Positions 18,027 through 27,052 of a stretch of DNA of 41,115 nt are shown here, piece after piece (within the stretch, counting starts at the first letter, position 1; each line of letters starts with the position of its first letter). Location: positions 64,987-106,101 of the IMG/VR virus record IMGVR_UViG_3300028840_005768; one strand, given 5' to 3'. Made by a program: the position numbers and the translations under genes. The DNA comes from a virus. The notes below the pieces were generated by a model. That model ran no database searches. It saw nothing but the letters and a program-made list of their open reading frames with translations, and had not been told where the DNA came from.

Positions 18027-18896
18027 TCATGCCTTCTTCGCACGAAGGCCGAGAAGCTCGGGGTTCTCTTTTCGGAGTTTTGCGTACTGCTCAGCAGGTA
18101 GTTTCTTGATCTGCTGAGGAGTAAGACGACCACCAGAACCCGGTGACATGCCACCGGTAGCACTGTTTGCACCAACTCCCGAAACGACGTTCGCCTTGAA
18201 GAGATTGGCGTATTCCCCCAATTCCTTCATTCGCTTGACCGTCTCCTCGGGGCTGCGTTGCGCCACAAAAGACTCGCCCTTGTCATCCACGTCGGGGAAG
18301 TCGATCATCGTCTTCCACTGACCAGTCGGCTTGCCGTCAGCGGAGAGATCCTCCACCAACTTGGTCATCGGACGCAGCAAGCTGACGACCTGGGATGGGC
18401 TGTAAGCGTCATTCGCCACGGCAGCATCCTGCAGTGACCGATCCACAGTCGACTGACGGAATAGCGCTTCCCACCGCTGTGCTTGCTGATCCTTCTCTGC
18501 CAACTTCGTTTCGAACTCCTCACGCAGCTGCTTGAGTTCCGTCGCAGCCTCTGTCTCCTTGGCCCGGAAGCGTTTCTTTACGTCTTCCAGATTCTCCTCC
18601 AGCCGATTTCGCTCCTCCTGCGAAAGGCTCTGGTTCTGAAGCAGTTCCTCATACTTCTTGGCCAATTCCTGATTGTCCGCCTCACGCGCCTTACGATCCC
18701 GAGCGAGACGCTCTTGAACGATGCGATTGACATCGGTCTCCGTGAACGTCTTGTCAGCACCAGCGCCACCGGCACCATCGCCACCAGCACCATCGCCACC
18801 GGCACCATCGCCACCAGCACCATCGCCACCGGCACCATCGCCGTCGCCGTCGAAGCAAACAACTTGAGAAAGGGACAGATACAACTCGTCAAACAT
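18027..18896 (-). CDS. Capsid scaffolding protein
   Basis: Start MFDELY at 18896 (GGAGA RBS). Gly/Asp linker, KTFTETDVNRIVQERLAR motif and coiled coil. Lies directly upstream of the capsid gene. Confidence 0.85.
   Translation of the reverse strand: MFDELYLSLSQVVCFDGDGDGAGGDGAGGDGAGGDGAGGDGAGGAGADKTFTETDVNRIVQERLARDRKAREADNQELAKKYEELLQNQSLSQEERNRLEENLEDVKKRFRAKETEAATELKQLREEFETKLAEKDQQAQRWEALFRQSTVDRSLQDAAVANDAYSPSQVVSLLRPMTKLVEDLSADGKPTGQWKTMIDFPDVDDKGESFVAQRSPEETVKRMKELGEYANLFKANVVSGVGANSATGGMSPGSGGRLTPQQIKKLPAEQYAKLRKENPELLGLRAKKA
18767..18851. repeat. 15-bp tandem repeat (about 5 copies) encoding (GDGAG)n in the scaffold
   Basis: Repeated CC(G/A)GCACCATCGCCA. Confidence 0.85.
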
Positions 18897-18992
18897 GGAT
18901 GTTCTCCACAATACCCGCACAAAAAAATCCATACCGGTAGCGGTGTTCCTCGGTATGGCGTGAGAACCTGGCGCTACGCAGCCAGTAACAGA

Positions 18993-19514
18993 TTAGGAAA
19001 CTCTTGCGAGTTTGATCGCGTCATCATCACGTAGAAACGGCTTCAACCATCGCCACGCTTGCGGACTCGGGATACCGTTGATGATGTGTTCGATGGGGAC
19101 CTGATTGCGATTGTACGTAGTCCTCACCGAAGAATATCCTTGGCTCGTGATGCCAAGGTTTTCAAGTTCCAACTCGGGATCCTTCCCATCAAGTAGAGCA
19201 TGCGCAATCTCGTAGCATGCCCACCGAATCGTCTCCGGGACTTCTTCATCCTCACCACGCGGAAACTCCAGTGCTTGATCCACTTCAGCTTCACGAATCT
19301 CCTCGTCCGTGGCGTTCGGGTAATCGTACAGCAACTCCCACACCGTGCTCTTCATACCTTTGAAGTTGAGAGCATCAATGATCTGCGTGGCCGCCCAAAG
19401 AGCCTTCGGCCGATCGGCCGGCTTCGCTTTCGTCCAAGCTCGCTCATGAAGACGAAGAGCAAAGTACTCAGTGGCCTCCTGGACCGTCCCATAGTATTCA
19501 TGGGTGATCGCCAC
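18993..19514 (-). CDS. Head-tail connector / head completion protein
   Basis: YGTVQEATEYF...ALWAATQIID...QALEFPR...VPETIRWACYEIA pattern, with a GGAGG RBS. Confidence 0.7.
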   Translation of the reverse strand: MAITHEYYGTVQEATEYFALRLHERAWTKAKPADRPKALWAATQIIDALNFKGMKSTVWELLYDYPNATDEEIREAEVDQALEFPRGEDEEVPETIRWACYEIAHALLDGKDPELELENLGITSQGYSSVRTTYNRNQVPIEHIINGIPSPQAWRWLKPFLRDDDAIKLARVS

Positions 19515-19525
19515 AGGTCACCTCC

Positions 19526-20731
19526 TTACTGGCCGATCCAACAATACTGACTCGCCGCGCCCGCATCCTGGGATTGGGTAACCGTAACCGTGCAGGCATT
19601 CCCAGCTTGTGTCTCACTGACGCCAATGACCGCAGTGACTCCGGCTTGCGTCTCGGTGATCGTCACCGTTGTGCTTCCACCGACGAGAGCAGTACCATCA
19701 CCGGTCATCGGATTCAAGTCTTGATTACCCAAAGTCCCTTTGAACTCAACAACCCAATCAGTTGTTGGACCCGGGCCACCGGTGACATCAACATTGCCGC
19801 TCCCGACCGTACTGAGTGCTTCCAAAGCTGCCTTGACATCAGCAGCAGAAGCATTATGGGCAATCTCACCGGTTGTCTGAGCTTCATACGTCAGATGGAG
19901 ATGTCCACTTGTGGTAGCATTATCAATACTGACCGTCTGCTTCTCATTGCGACCAGCACCCGATCCATCACCGGTCAAAGCATTGAGATCCGTACGAGCC
20001 AGAGATCCAACAAACTCCACAACCCAATCTGTACTTGGACCAGGGCCGCCGGTCACTGACACATTGCCAGAACCGATAGTCGACAAGGCTTCTAGCGCAG
20101 ACTCAACATCTGCAGCTATTGCATCGTAGTCAAGAGGAACAGTCGTTTGTGATTCGTAAGTCAATGTGAACGTGCCATTGTCAGCAGTACTCGTGATAGA
20201 GACTGTCTGCTTCTCGTTACGACCAGCCTCGGAAACAGTCATCAATGGTTGATTGACTTTCTGATACTGGCCCGTCCACTCCACGACCCAATCGGTACCG
20301 GGACCAGGTCCGCCCGTAACCCCAACGTCTGCGGCAGCCACACTAGACAAGGCTTCCAGAGCTGATTCGACTGCTGCGGCGTCCGCATTTTGAGCAATCG
20401 CTGCCGTCGTCTCACCTTTGAAGGTCAACTTGAACGTATCACCAGCCCCCGAGCCGGAGATGGAAACCGTCTGCTTCTGGTTTTGGGAGGGGCTTGAAAT
20501 CACAGAGATTTTGGACGGATCATCAATCTCAACGAACACTTCATCACCCGCATCCAACTCAAACCCTGTTGTCACCGCAACCGTGGACGGGCCCACAAAT
20601 ACACTTAACGTATTGGTAGACATCGCCTTGACACGAACCCCCTTAAGCAGACGGCGTGAGTTGCCAAGGGCTCGGGCAAGAGCATCAGCTGAACCCCAAC
20701 CAGTAAAGAATTCAGAAACCGATTCGATCAT
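19526..20731 (-). CDS. Virion decoration protein with three nested copies of a ~90-aa domain
   Basis: Three copies of NxKQTVSI...F/HxLT...ALEALS...VTGGPGP.TDWVVE. Confidence 0.7.
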   Translation of the reverse strand: MIESVSEFFTGWGSADALARALGNSRRLLKGVRVKAMSTNTLSVFVGPSTVAVTTGFELDAGDEVFVEIDDPSKISVISSPSQNQKQTVSISGSGAGDTFKLTFKGETTAAIAQNADAAAVESALEALSSVAAADVGVTGGPGPGTDWVVEWTGQYQKVNQPLMTVSEAGRNEKQTVSITSTADNGTFTLTYESQTTVPLDYDAIAADVESALEALSTIGSGNVSVTGGPGPSTDWVVEFVGSLARTDLNALTGDGSGAGRNEKQTVSIDNATTSGHLHLTYEAQTTGEIAHNASAADVKAALEALSTVGSGNVDVTGGPGPTTDWVVEFKGTLGNQDLNPMTGDGTALVGGSTTVTITETQAGVTAVIGVSETQAGNACTVTVTQSQDAGAASQYCWIGQ

Positions 20732-22512
20732 TGCTTATCCCTTCCTTCACCGCGAGTGCGGTCTTTGGTGTTCTCACGTAAGGTTGTGTCGCGGCTTGCC
20801 GCCTTTTCATCTTTGCCTGACTGTGGATTGTCATCCAAATCCACCACGCCACGCGAAGCGGGGTGAGCAGGTGCTTTGTCAACCCCTTGTGCCTCGGCGA
20901 TTCGTTGAATGCGAGCTAAGTGATCTTCACGCGCTCGCTTGTACTCATCATCATCGAAGCCCAAAGCAAGCGAGGCGGTTTTGTCCCCACAGATTCCGGC
21001 TTCCTTGGACTCAATAATGGTACGCGGATCCGCCGTCGTGAATGGAGCCTCATCGATCTCTCGATTGATTCGCGCGATCGTATCAGGATTCACCTTCCCC
21101 GCCAGTAAGTTGGCGACATTCGTTTTCCAGAGTTCCTTCTGTGCCGAACGGCTCGGCGTCTTCTGGATGACTCCCGTCAGCTTCTCCGCTTCATCGATAC
21201 GGTCCTCATCGCTCTTCAGACTGTATCGATCCGGGTACTTGATCGTAGCGACCTGTCGCAGTTTCGGAGCACTCTCCTCATATGCAGCCCAGTGTTCAAC
21301 GATCTGACGTTCAGCACTCTCCAGCACCAAACCAATAAAGGACAGCCCTGCTTCCAACCCCTGATTGTCCAGCTCTTTCGATTCGGCCGATGCGCGAGTT
21401 GCCAGCGTCTCGACGGCAAGATTGACCAACCGGCGGATATCCTTCTCCAGCTTCTCCTGAAGCCCAATCGATGCCTTCAGTGGTTCACTCGACGGATGAA
21501 TGAAACCAGGTCGTTGCATACCTTTGGCATAAGCACGACCTTGAGTCGCACCAGTTCTGATCTCATTATCGTGAGCACCTTGTCCACCTTGAGTCGCGGT
21601 ACCATCAGGATTCGCGGCCGGCTTGAGGTGGCCACCCATCGCACGACCATCCCTTTGCTCTGTGTAGAACGGGAAATTGGCCTGCAAGGCATAGTTCACA
21701 TCGCTGGAGACCAGGTTGAGTAAGGCAATCTGATACTCACAGATGTCCTTCATCAAGCTGTCGCCGATGTCCAGCAGAATGAAAGGAATTCGCACCAACT
21801 CAAGTTGTTGGGGACCGCTCGGATTCCCCTCGCGATCAATCGGAATACCATCCGCATCATAGAACTGAATTTGAACAAGCCCGTTTTCAGTCCATAGATG
21901 CCGATATCGCGTCACAACCTCACTCGGAAGACCTGTAGCTCCGTCATAGACGGTCACATCATCCCGCAAGAGAAGTGACTCAAACTCCGAAGGTTCTTCC
22001 TGATTCGCACATGCATACGACAGGATGTTCTCAAGTTTGTAGGAGTAGACATATGGACGAAAACCATCCACATCCGCCAAGGTGCTAACTGGGGAAACAG
22101 AGGGGGCGTCAACAAATACACCCACCTTGCCCATGACGAGAAGCTCCTCCAGCACCTTCCGCCCGATGAAGGCATTCATGCTGGCGCCGCGCCGATCGAC
22201 ACCCATATCATTGCCGGCCACAGCACGATGATACGCCTCACTGCCACCACGACGAACGATATCAGTCATCCGTTGGAAGATGGAATTGCGGATATCGTTG
22301 ATTGCTGCCTTAGCAAAACTGGGAATTGGGGTCATTGATTCGCGCAGATTGAAATCCGATGTCTCCTCGCGCGCACTGAACTCACGAAGGTACTGACCTC
22401 GAAACGCTTCCCCACCTTGATAGGTAAGCCGCCACTTCTGCCAATCGGCTTGACTTGTCAAGTAGTTTGGCAAGCGGAAGTCGATGATCTTCTTCGTTGT
22501 CTGACTTACCAT
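20728..22512 (-). CDS. Portal protein
   Basis: About 594 aa directly after terL, with a WQKWRLTYQGG N-terminus and a charged C-terminal tail. Confidence 0.8.
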   Translation of the reverse strand: MVSQTTKKIIDFRLPNYLTSQADWQKWRLTYQGGEAFRGQYLREFSAREETSDFNLRESMTPIPSFAKAAINDIRNSIFQRMTDIVRRGGSEAYHRAVAGNDMGVDRRGASMNAFIGRKVLEELLVMGKVGVFVDAPSVSPVSTLADVDGFRPYVYSYKLENILSYACANQEEPSEFESLLLRDDVTVYDGATGLPSEVVTRYRHLWTENGLVQIQFYDADGIPIDREGNPSGPQQLELVRIPFILLDIGDSLMKDICEYQIALLNLVSSDVNYALQANFPFYTEQRDGRAMGGHLKPAANPDGTATQGGQGAHDNEIRTGATQGRAYAKGMQRPGFIHPSSEPLKASIGLQEKLEKDIRRLVNLAVETLATRASAESKELDNQGLEAGLSFIGLVLESAERQIVEHWAAYEESAPKLRQVATIKYPDRYSLKSDEDRIDEAEKLTGVIQKTPSRSAQKELWKTNVANLLAGKVNPDTIARINREIDEAPFTTADPRTIIESKEAGICGDKTASLALGFDDDEYKRAREDHLARIQRIAEAQGVDKAPAHPASRGVVDLDDNPQSGKDEKAASRDTTLRENTKDRTRGEGRDKQ

Positions 22513-22519
22513 CTGACCC

Positions 22520-24187
22520 TCACAGGAACTTTCCAATGTCCTCGCCAGTGTTGATCACTGCTGCGAGCGGAAGAGCGATCTCACTGTAGACCCGTGACAA
22601 GGCAAAGTGATCGGGACCCGTGCTGATGTATGTTGCGACCGGGTTACCGTTCTCATCTTTGACGTACGTGCGCACCGGGGCTTGAATATGATCCTGATAC
22701 TCCCGGGACACATCACGCGGAAGCATGATTCGTCTTGGTTGTCGAAACCGCCCCAAAGCGGCACTGAACCAGTTCGTCCGATCTACCGTCAAGATCGGCG
22801 CCCCATCACCATCGTCGGTTTCCGTGATTTCCTTGGCTGTGACACCTCGGCGAAAACGACACAACCACACGTAACTCGGGAAACGTCGAGCAAAGCGACG
22901 GGCTTCCATGATCTGAGGATCCGCGTCAATGACACAAGCCAGTACTTGCCACTCACGCATCAACTCATCCAGAAGGTGCCAATCCTCTTCATGGAACTTG
23001 AACTCATACAGAACCTTGGCCGTTGCCGCCACATTCAAATCATTGGAATACTGATCGAAGAACCATTCGGTCACCTCAACGTAGTTCCACTTACCTTGGT
23101 CCACACCCATCGTGATCACCCGTTGACCACCGATCGTTGGGCGCGGGCCATCCTTGGTATGGTTCTTCACGCAAGCAGCAACGTCATCCTCAGTGACCTT
23201 TGCCCCGTCGCCGATGTACGGGAGGCCGAGTTTGGAGTTGTGAAACTCAACCGCAGCGGCTTCATCACCCAAGCCACGGAAGTAGGCGACAACCAATTCG
23301 CCTGGCGTCACCGTGAAGGAGTACAGCTGCGAAATGACAAAGCCGCGGATATCAGGATTCGCGTTCTGAGCCGTTACCTGCCACTTCGCTTTGCCCAACC
23401 AATCCGGCTTCGTCTGATGATCGAGCTTACCTCCGCATTCCTTGCACTTGAGGAATGATTCCGCACAACGGGGGTCTTTCACATGCTCCCCGATGATCTC
23501 CACACAATCAGGCCAGATCAATTCTGTCTGGCGTCCGCAGCAAGGGCACTCAAACACGAAGTGTTCTTGCGTTGAGTCCTGAATCAGCTTATGGATGCCA
23601 TGATTCGGAACCGTTGGTGTCGAGATGCCCCACACCGTCTTCTTCAGTTGCCCGGACAATCGCTCCAACGCCAGCCAAATCGCCTTCTGATCCATCTCGT
23701 CAATTTCATCGAGAAGCAATACAGAGACGGGGATTGACTTCAGATTGGAGTTGCCACGGCTTCCCCGGATGTACAGTGTGTTCGCGCCCGCCTGCTTCAA
23801 TTCAATCGAATTGGTGTCCGTGAAGATCGAATTGAGGTACGAGCTGTTCTTGAGTGCCGTGTTGAAACGGGCCTTGGAGAAATCACTCGCGTTCTTCGAC
23901 GTTGGCAGCACGTACAGGACGTCACGGTGCAATTGATCCAACGTGTAGAACGCCAGGTTGATCAAGACTTCCGTCACACCAAGCTGAGCCCCCTTCATTG
24001 CATAGTTGAAGGGGGCTTGGCTGTTATGCATCCCCAGAACCCACGGGTGATACTTCGCGGAATAGGCTCCCGGGAAAGGTTCACCCATGACCCGGCGCTT
24101 GCGCGCCCACCGAAAACAACTCGTAAGCGTGTGGCTCTGGAGACCATCCGCAATCGATAGAGTCATCTCGGTGAGAAGATCATGCAT
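22520..24187 (-). CDS. terL: Terminase large subunit, lambda GpA family
   Basis: KGAQLGVTE Walker A variant, LLLDEIDEM Walker B, ISTPT, CPCCG...CKECG zinc motif, and MGVDQG nuclease motif. Confidence 0.93.
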   Translation of the reverse strand: MHDLLTEMTLSIADGLQSHTLTSCFRWARKRRVMGEPFPGAYSAKYHPWVLGMHNSQAPFNYAMKGAQLGVTEVLINLAFYTLDQLHRDVLYVLPTSKNASDFSKARFNTALKNSSYLNSIFTDTNSIELKQAGANTLYIRGSRGNSNLKSIPVSVLLLDEIDEMDQKAIWLALERLSGQLKKTVWGISTPTVPNHGIHKLIQDSTQEHFVFECPCCGRQTELIWPDCVEIIGEHVKDPRCAESFLKCKECGGKLDHQTKPDWLGKAKWQVTAQNANPDIRGFVISQLYSFTVTPGELVVAYFRGLGDEAAAVEFHNSKLGLPYIGDGAKVTEDDVAACVKNHTKDGPRPTIGGQRVITMGVDQGKWNYVEVTEWFFDQYSNDLNVAATAKVLYEFKFHEEDWHLLDELMREWQVLACVIDADPQIMEARRFARRFPSYVWLCRFRRGVTAKEITETDDGDGAPILTVDRTNWFSAALGRFRQPRRIMLPRDVSREYQDHIQAPVRTYVKDENGNPVATYISTGPDHFALSRVYSEIALPLAAVINTGEDIGKFL

Positions 24188-24201
24188 AGCTGCTTCTCAA
24201 C

Positions 24202-24594
24202 CTACGGACCAGATTCGTCTTCGTCTTCGTCTTCGTCTTCGTCTTCGTCTTCGTCTTCGTCGACTTCGTCTTCGTCTTCGTCTTCGTCGACTTCGTCTTC
24301 GTCGACTTCGTCTTCGTCTTCGTCGACTTCCTCAGGCTCGACTTCCTCAGGCTCGATGGTCAGCGGCTCTTGAAGCACCAATCGTTCCCCTTGCTGCTCG
24401 CCGCGGCCATCCTCGAACCAGGCAACAATGCGTACCTCGCGTTCATCAATGGTCTCAGGAAGAGGAACATCAAGAACCTCGAACATCCCTGGAACACAGT
24501 TGGCATGCACCGTGCCTCCGCCGGGAGTCGTCAACTGAAACTGGACAACATCATGTTGTGATTGGGGTACACGAATCTGCATGGGATACCTCAC
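24202..24594 (-). CDS. Hypothetical protein with a very acidic (ED)n C-terminal tail
   Basis: GTGA overlap with the upstream gene. The C-terminal ~50 aa are almost all E/D. Confidence 0.65.
   Translation of the reverse strand: MRYPMQIRVPQSQHDVVQFQLTTPGGGTVHANCVPGMFEVLDVPLPETIDEREVRIVAWFEDGRGEQQGERLVLQEPLTIEPEEVEPEEVDEDEDEVDEDEVDEDEDEDEVDEDEDEDEDEDEDEDESGP
24214..24355. repeat. (TCTTCG)n hexamer microsatellite with variants
   Basis: Directly visible. Encodes poly-Glu-Asp on the minus strand. Confidence 0.9.
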
Positions 24595-24968
24595 AAAGAA
24601 TGAATGGAGGAATCTGTAAAATCACCATCACAAATCACTTTGACAAGCATGGAGACGAGAAGATCAATGTCATCGGTACGATGCGTCTCGGTGCCGTCTT
24701 GAAGAATCACATAGACCGGCAAACGGTGGATACGGTATTTCTGTACCAACCGCGGATGCTTGTCAAAATCAACCTCCGTGACATTTACACCACACTTACA
24801 AATCTCCTCCAACTGAGAATGATCACGTCGACAGGCACCACACCACGTCGCCGTGAAAGCCAACACTTCAACCTTTGGCTCACTGGATTGCCCCATCTTG
24901 GCGACACTTACCGAAACAACAGCAAACATGAGCGCCACGAGGCAGAAGATGAAGAAAGGTGATTTCAT
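24591..24968 (-). CDS. Exported thioredoxin-like protein
   Basis: Hydrophobic N-terminal signal, FTATWCGAC active site, and downstream RLPVYVI cis-Pro motif. Confidence 0.8.
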   Translation of the reverse strand: MKSPFFIFCLVALMFAVVSVSVAKMGQSSEPKVEVLAFTATWCGACRRDHSQLEEICKCGVNVTEVDFDKHPRLVQKYRIHRLPVYVILQDGTETHRTDDIDLLVSMLVKVICDGDFTDSSIHSL

Positions 24969-25918
24969 AGGATCCCCGGATCTGGTTCGCTTGGTTCGCC
25001 TTCAAAGTCAAAATAGGCGTAGATTTCGCATTCATCATTCCTGATTTCCCTCTCAAGATCCTCAGCAAGATTCCATGCCCCACCAGGGGTCTCACCGTTC
25101 AGCGGCTCTCCATGGGCGTCAGGACCCCATTGGTTTTGCCGTCGAAATGCCACGAATGGATCGTACATCACATCCGTGATATGCATCTGGTGATACCAGA
25201 CGCCACTCGGCACAAAGACCTGGAACCCTTTGTAGAGTCTCGGCGCATCCTTGAAACCTCGTGAAGACGCAATCGTGATCATCTTGCCGGCCTCAAGGCA
25301 ATCGATCATTTGCTGAACTTCAGTAAGACGGGCGACCACGATCTTGTTGTCGCTGGCTTCTTCGAAGAACTCCTGGTATTCAGGACGCCGCCCCGCATTC
25401 CGACGATGACCCCAACGGTCGCTGTAACCCCCGTAGGGCGGAACATTCGGATCGTCTGAGAACAGAACACCGTATGTGCTGACGGCTTCTGCGCCCCAAG
25501 CACCCGTTGATCCGGCACCCTTCATACCGCCGCCCACCTGATTTCGGCTAACGGCATAAATCCAAGGGATGTACCATTCTCGGAATGTCTCCTCCTCCCG
25601 CCCAAGCGAGAGTTCGATCACATGCCTCTTTTCACCAGCTTGTGCCAATGCTGCAGCAACACAATTCCCTGTGTCTTGCACGGTCGTGGGAATAAGGGGC
25701 CAGGGGAGCTTTCCTTCGCTATGCAAAGACCGTTCCAAATCCCATGTGAAGGGGCGCTTCTCAGAGCCCCATGGAAAATCGAGCGAAACCTCATGCATTT
25801 CCTTTGCAAGGCCACATTTGAACAGGCCATCCAATGCTCGACGTTCGGTGTCAATCCCAAGCCAACCGAAATCGGACCTAGATCGCCGGCGACTGCGTCT
25901 ATTCCTTCGGTGTCTCAC
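24965..25918 (-). CDS. Papain-like (C1-type) cysteine peptidase
   Basis: QDTGNC (oxyanion Gln and catalytic Cys), WYHQM (His) and QNQWG (Asn, NSWG-like) motifs. Confidence 0.75.
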   Translation of the reverse strand: MRHRRNRRSRRRSRSDFGWLGIDTERRALDGLFKCGLAKEMHEVSLDFPWGSEKRPFTWDLERSLHSEGKLPWPLIPTTVQDTGNCVAAALAQAGEKRHVIELSLGREEETFREWYIPWIYAVSRNQVGGGMKGAGSTGAWGAEAVSTYGVLFSDDPNVPPYGGYSDRWGHRRNAGRRPEYQEFFEEASDNKIVVARLTEVQQMIDCLEAGKMITIASSRGFKDAPRLYKGFQVFVPSGVWYHQMHITDVMYDPFVAFRRQNQWGPDAHGEPLNGETPGGAWNLAEDLEREIRNDECEIYAYFDFEGEPSEPDPGIL

Positions 25919-26631
25919 TAGTGAACCTCCTTGAGCCCTGCAGCAATTTCGGTGTACAACTGCTTCAGAGTTTTCTTGTTCTCAATATCAAATTCACCCT
26001 GACTGCGTAGTACATCAAGTTCGTTTGTCAACAGCGAATCGAAATGCTGATTCCACACTGCCCAAGCATTTTCTCCTAATGCCTTGCGGTTGTTCTGGCG
26101 CAAAGCAATTCGAAGATGTTGAGCTGTTTTGAAGGAGTCCGATGCAGCAACGGTCGCCTCCATTGCTTCAGCCAGCAAAAGTGCCCGCTCCCGGCGACCC
26201 TCTGATGGTACGACTCTTTCGACTGTTTCCTTGGTCCACTTTGCCCAACCATCCAATGGAGAAGGCGAAGGCGAAGGCTCGGGCGATTCACCAACGATGA
26301 TTTCCTTGAGTGCCCATGCACTCTTGCCCTCGGAATTCACATCGAAGATAAGCGTGTGGATCCCACATTCACTCGGACGAAAGAACACATAGGGTTCACG
26401 TTGCTTCGAAAGTGCGTCATAGATCAAACAGACCTTGACTTCCGCTTTCCTGGATAGCGGGATACAAGCCCACCGAGCCTGGAGAATATCGGCTTCTTCC
26501 ATTCCCCGTATCGAGTAGAAGCACGATACGTCGGCCGGCAAATGATCTGGACCATCAAGGTAGACCTTTGCACCAAAGAGCTGCGAAACCAGCACGAAGA
26601 ACAACAGAATCGAAAGACAGAGTTTCTTCAT
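25918..26631 (-). CDS. Secreted hypothetical protein with Pro-rich linker
   Basis: MKKLCLSILLFFVLVSQLFG signal peptide and a PEPSPSPSP linker between a beta domain and a helical domain. Confidence 0.7.
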   Translation of the reverse strand: MKKLCLSILLFFVLVSQLFGAKVYLDGPDHLPADVSCFYSIRGMEEADILQARWACIPLSRKAEVKVCLIYDALSKQREPYVFFRPSECGIHTLIFDVNSEGKSAWALKEIIVGESPEPSPSPSPLDGWAKWTKETVERVVPSEGRRERALLLAEAMEATVAASDSFKTAQHLRIALRQNNRKALGENAWAVWNQHFDSLLTNELDVLRSQGEFDIENKKTLKQLYTEIAAGLKEVH

Positions 26632-26697
26632 GGATACTCCAATCCAATGTTAACGATCTCTCCCACTTTGTGGCTGAAGCATCAAAGCATGTAGGAC

Positions 26698-26967
26698 TCA
26701 AATGAAGAGAGGAAGCAACTTTGCGAGAATCTCGGCAATCTGCATGATGATCTCAAGAATCTTCTCCCAGTCCAGATCCTGGACAACCTGATCACCAACG
26801 ACATCCTTGGACTGGATGACAGAGGCAAGCACGAGACGCGCTTCTTCTTGAACCTGATCATCCTCGGAGAGTAGACGGGCCGCAAATTCACGCGGCGTCA
26901 AATCCATCTCCCTGGCAGCGGCACGAAATGCACGGCGAGCAACACGACGACGTTCAAAGACTTTCAT
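26698..26967 (-). CDS. Small protein with basic N-terminus and C-terminal amphipathic helix
   Basis: AGGAG RBS and C-terminal LDWEKILEIIMQIAEILAKLLPLFI. Confidence 0.65.
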   Translation of the reverse strand: MKVFERRRVARRAFRAAAREMDLTPREFAARLLSEDDQVQEEARLVLASVIQSKDVVGDQVVQDLDWEKILEIIMQIAEILAKLLPLFI

Positions 26968-27052
26968 GACGGACTCCTGTTGGCGTCTACTAGCCGACGC
27001 AAAGGCTCTTCACAAACACAGTAATCAGCATGTGATATCACACGCTGCCAAC

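Noticed and set aside
8183-24160. Long plus-strand ORFs (e.g. 8183..9256, 16735..18117, 22607..23458)
   Set aside because: Antisense shadows of well-supported minus-strand structural genes in GC-rich DNA, with no motifs.
24087-24962. Plus-strand poly-(RL) and poly-Ser ORFs
   Set aside because: Alternative readings of the TCTTCG microsatellite. The minus-strand acidic ORF fits the coupled operon.
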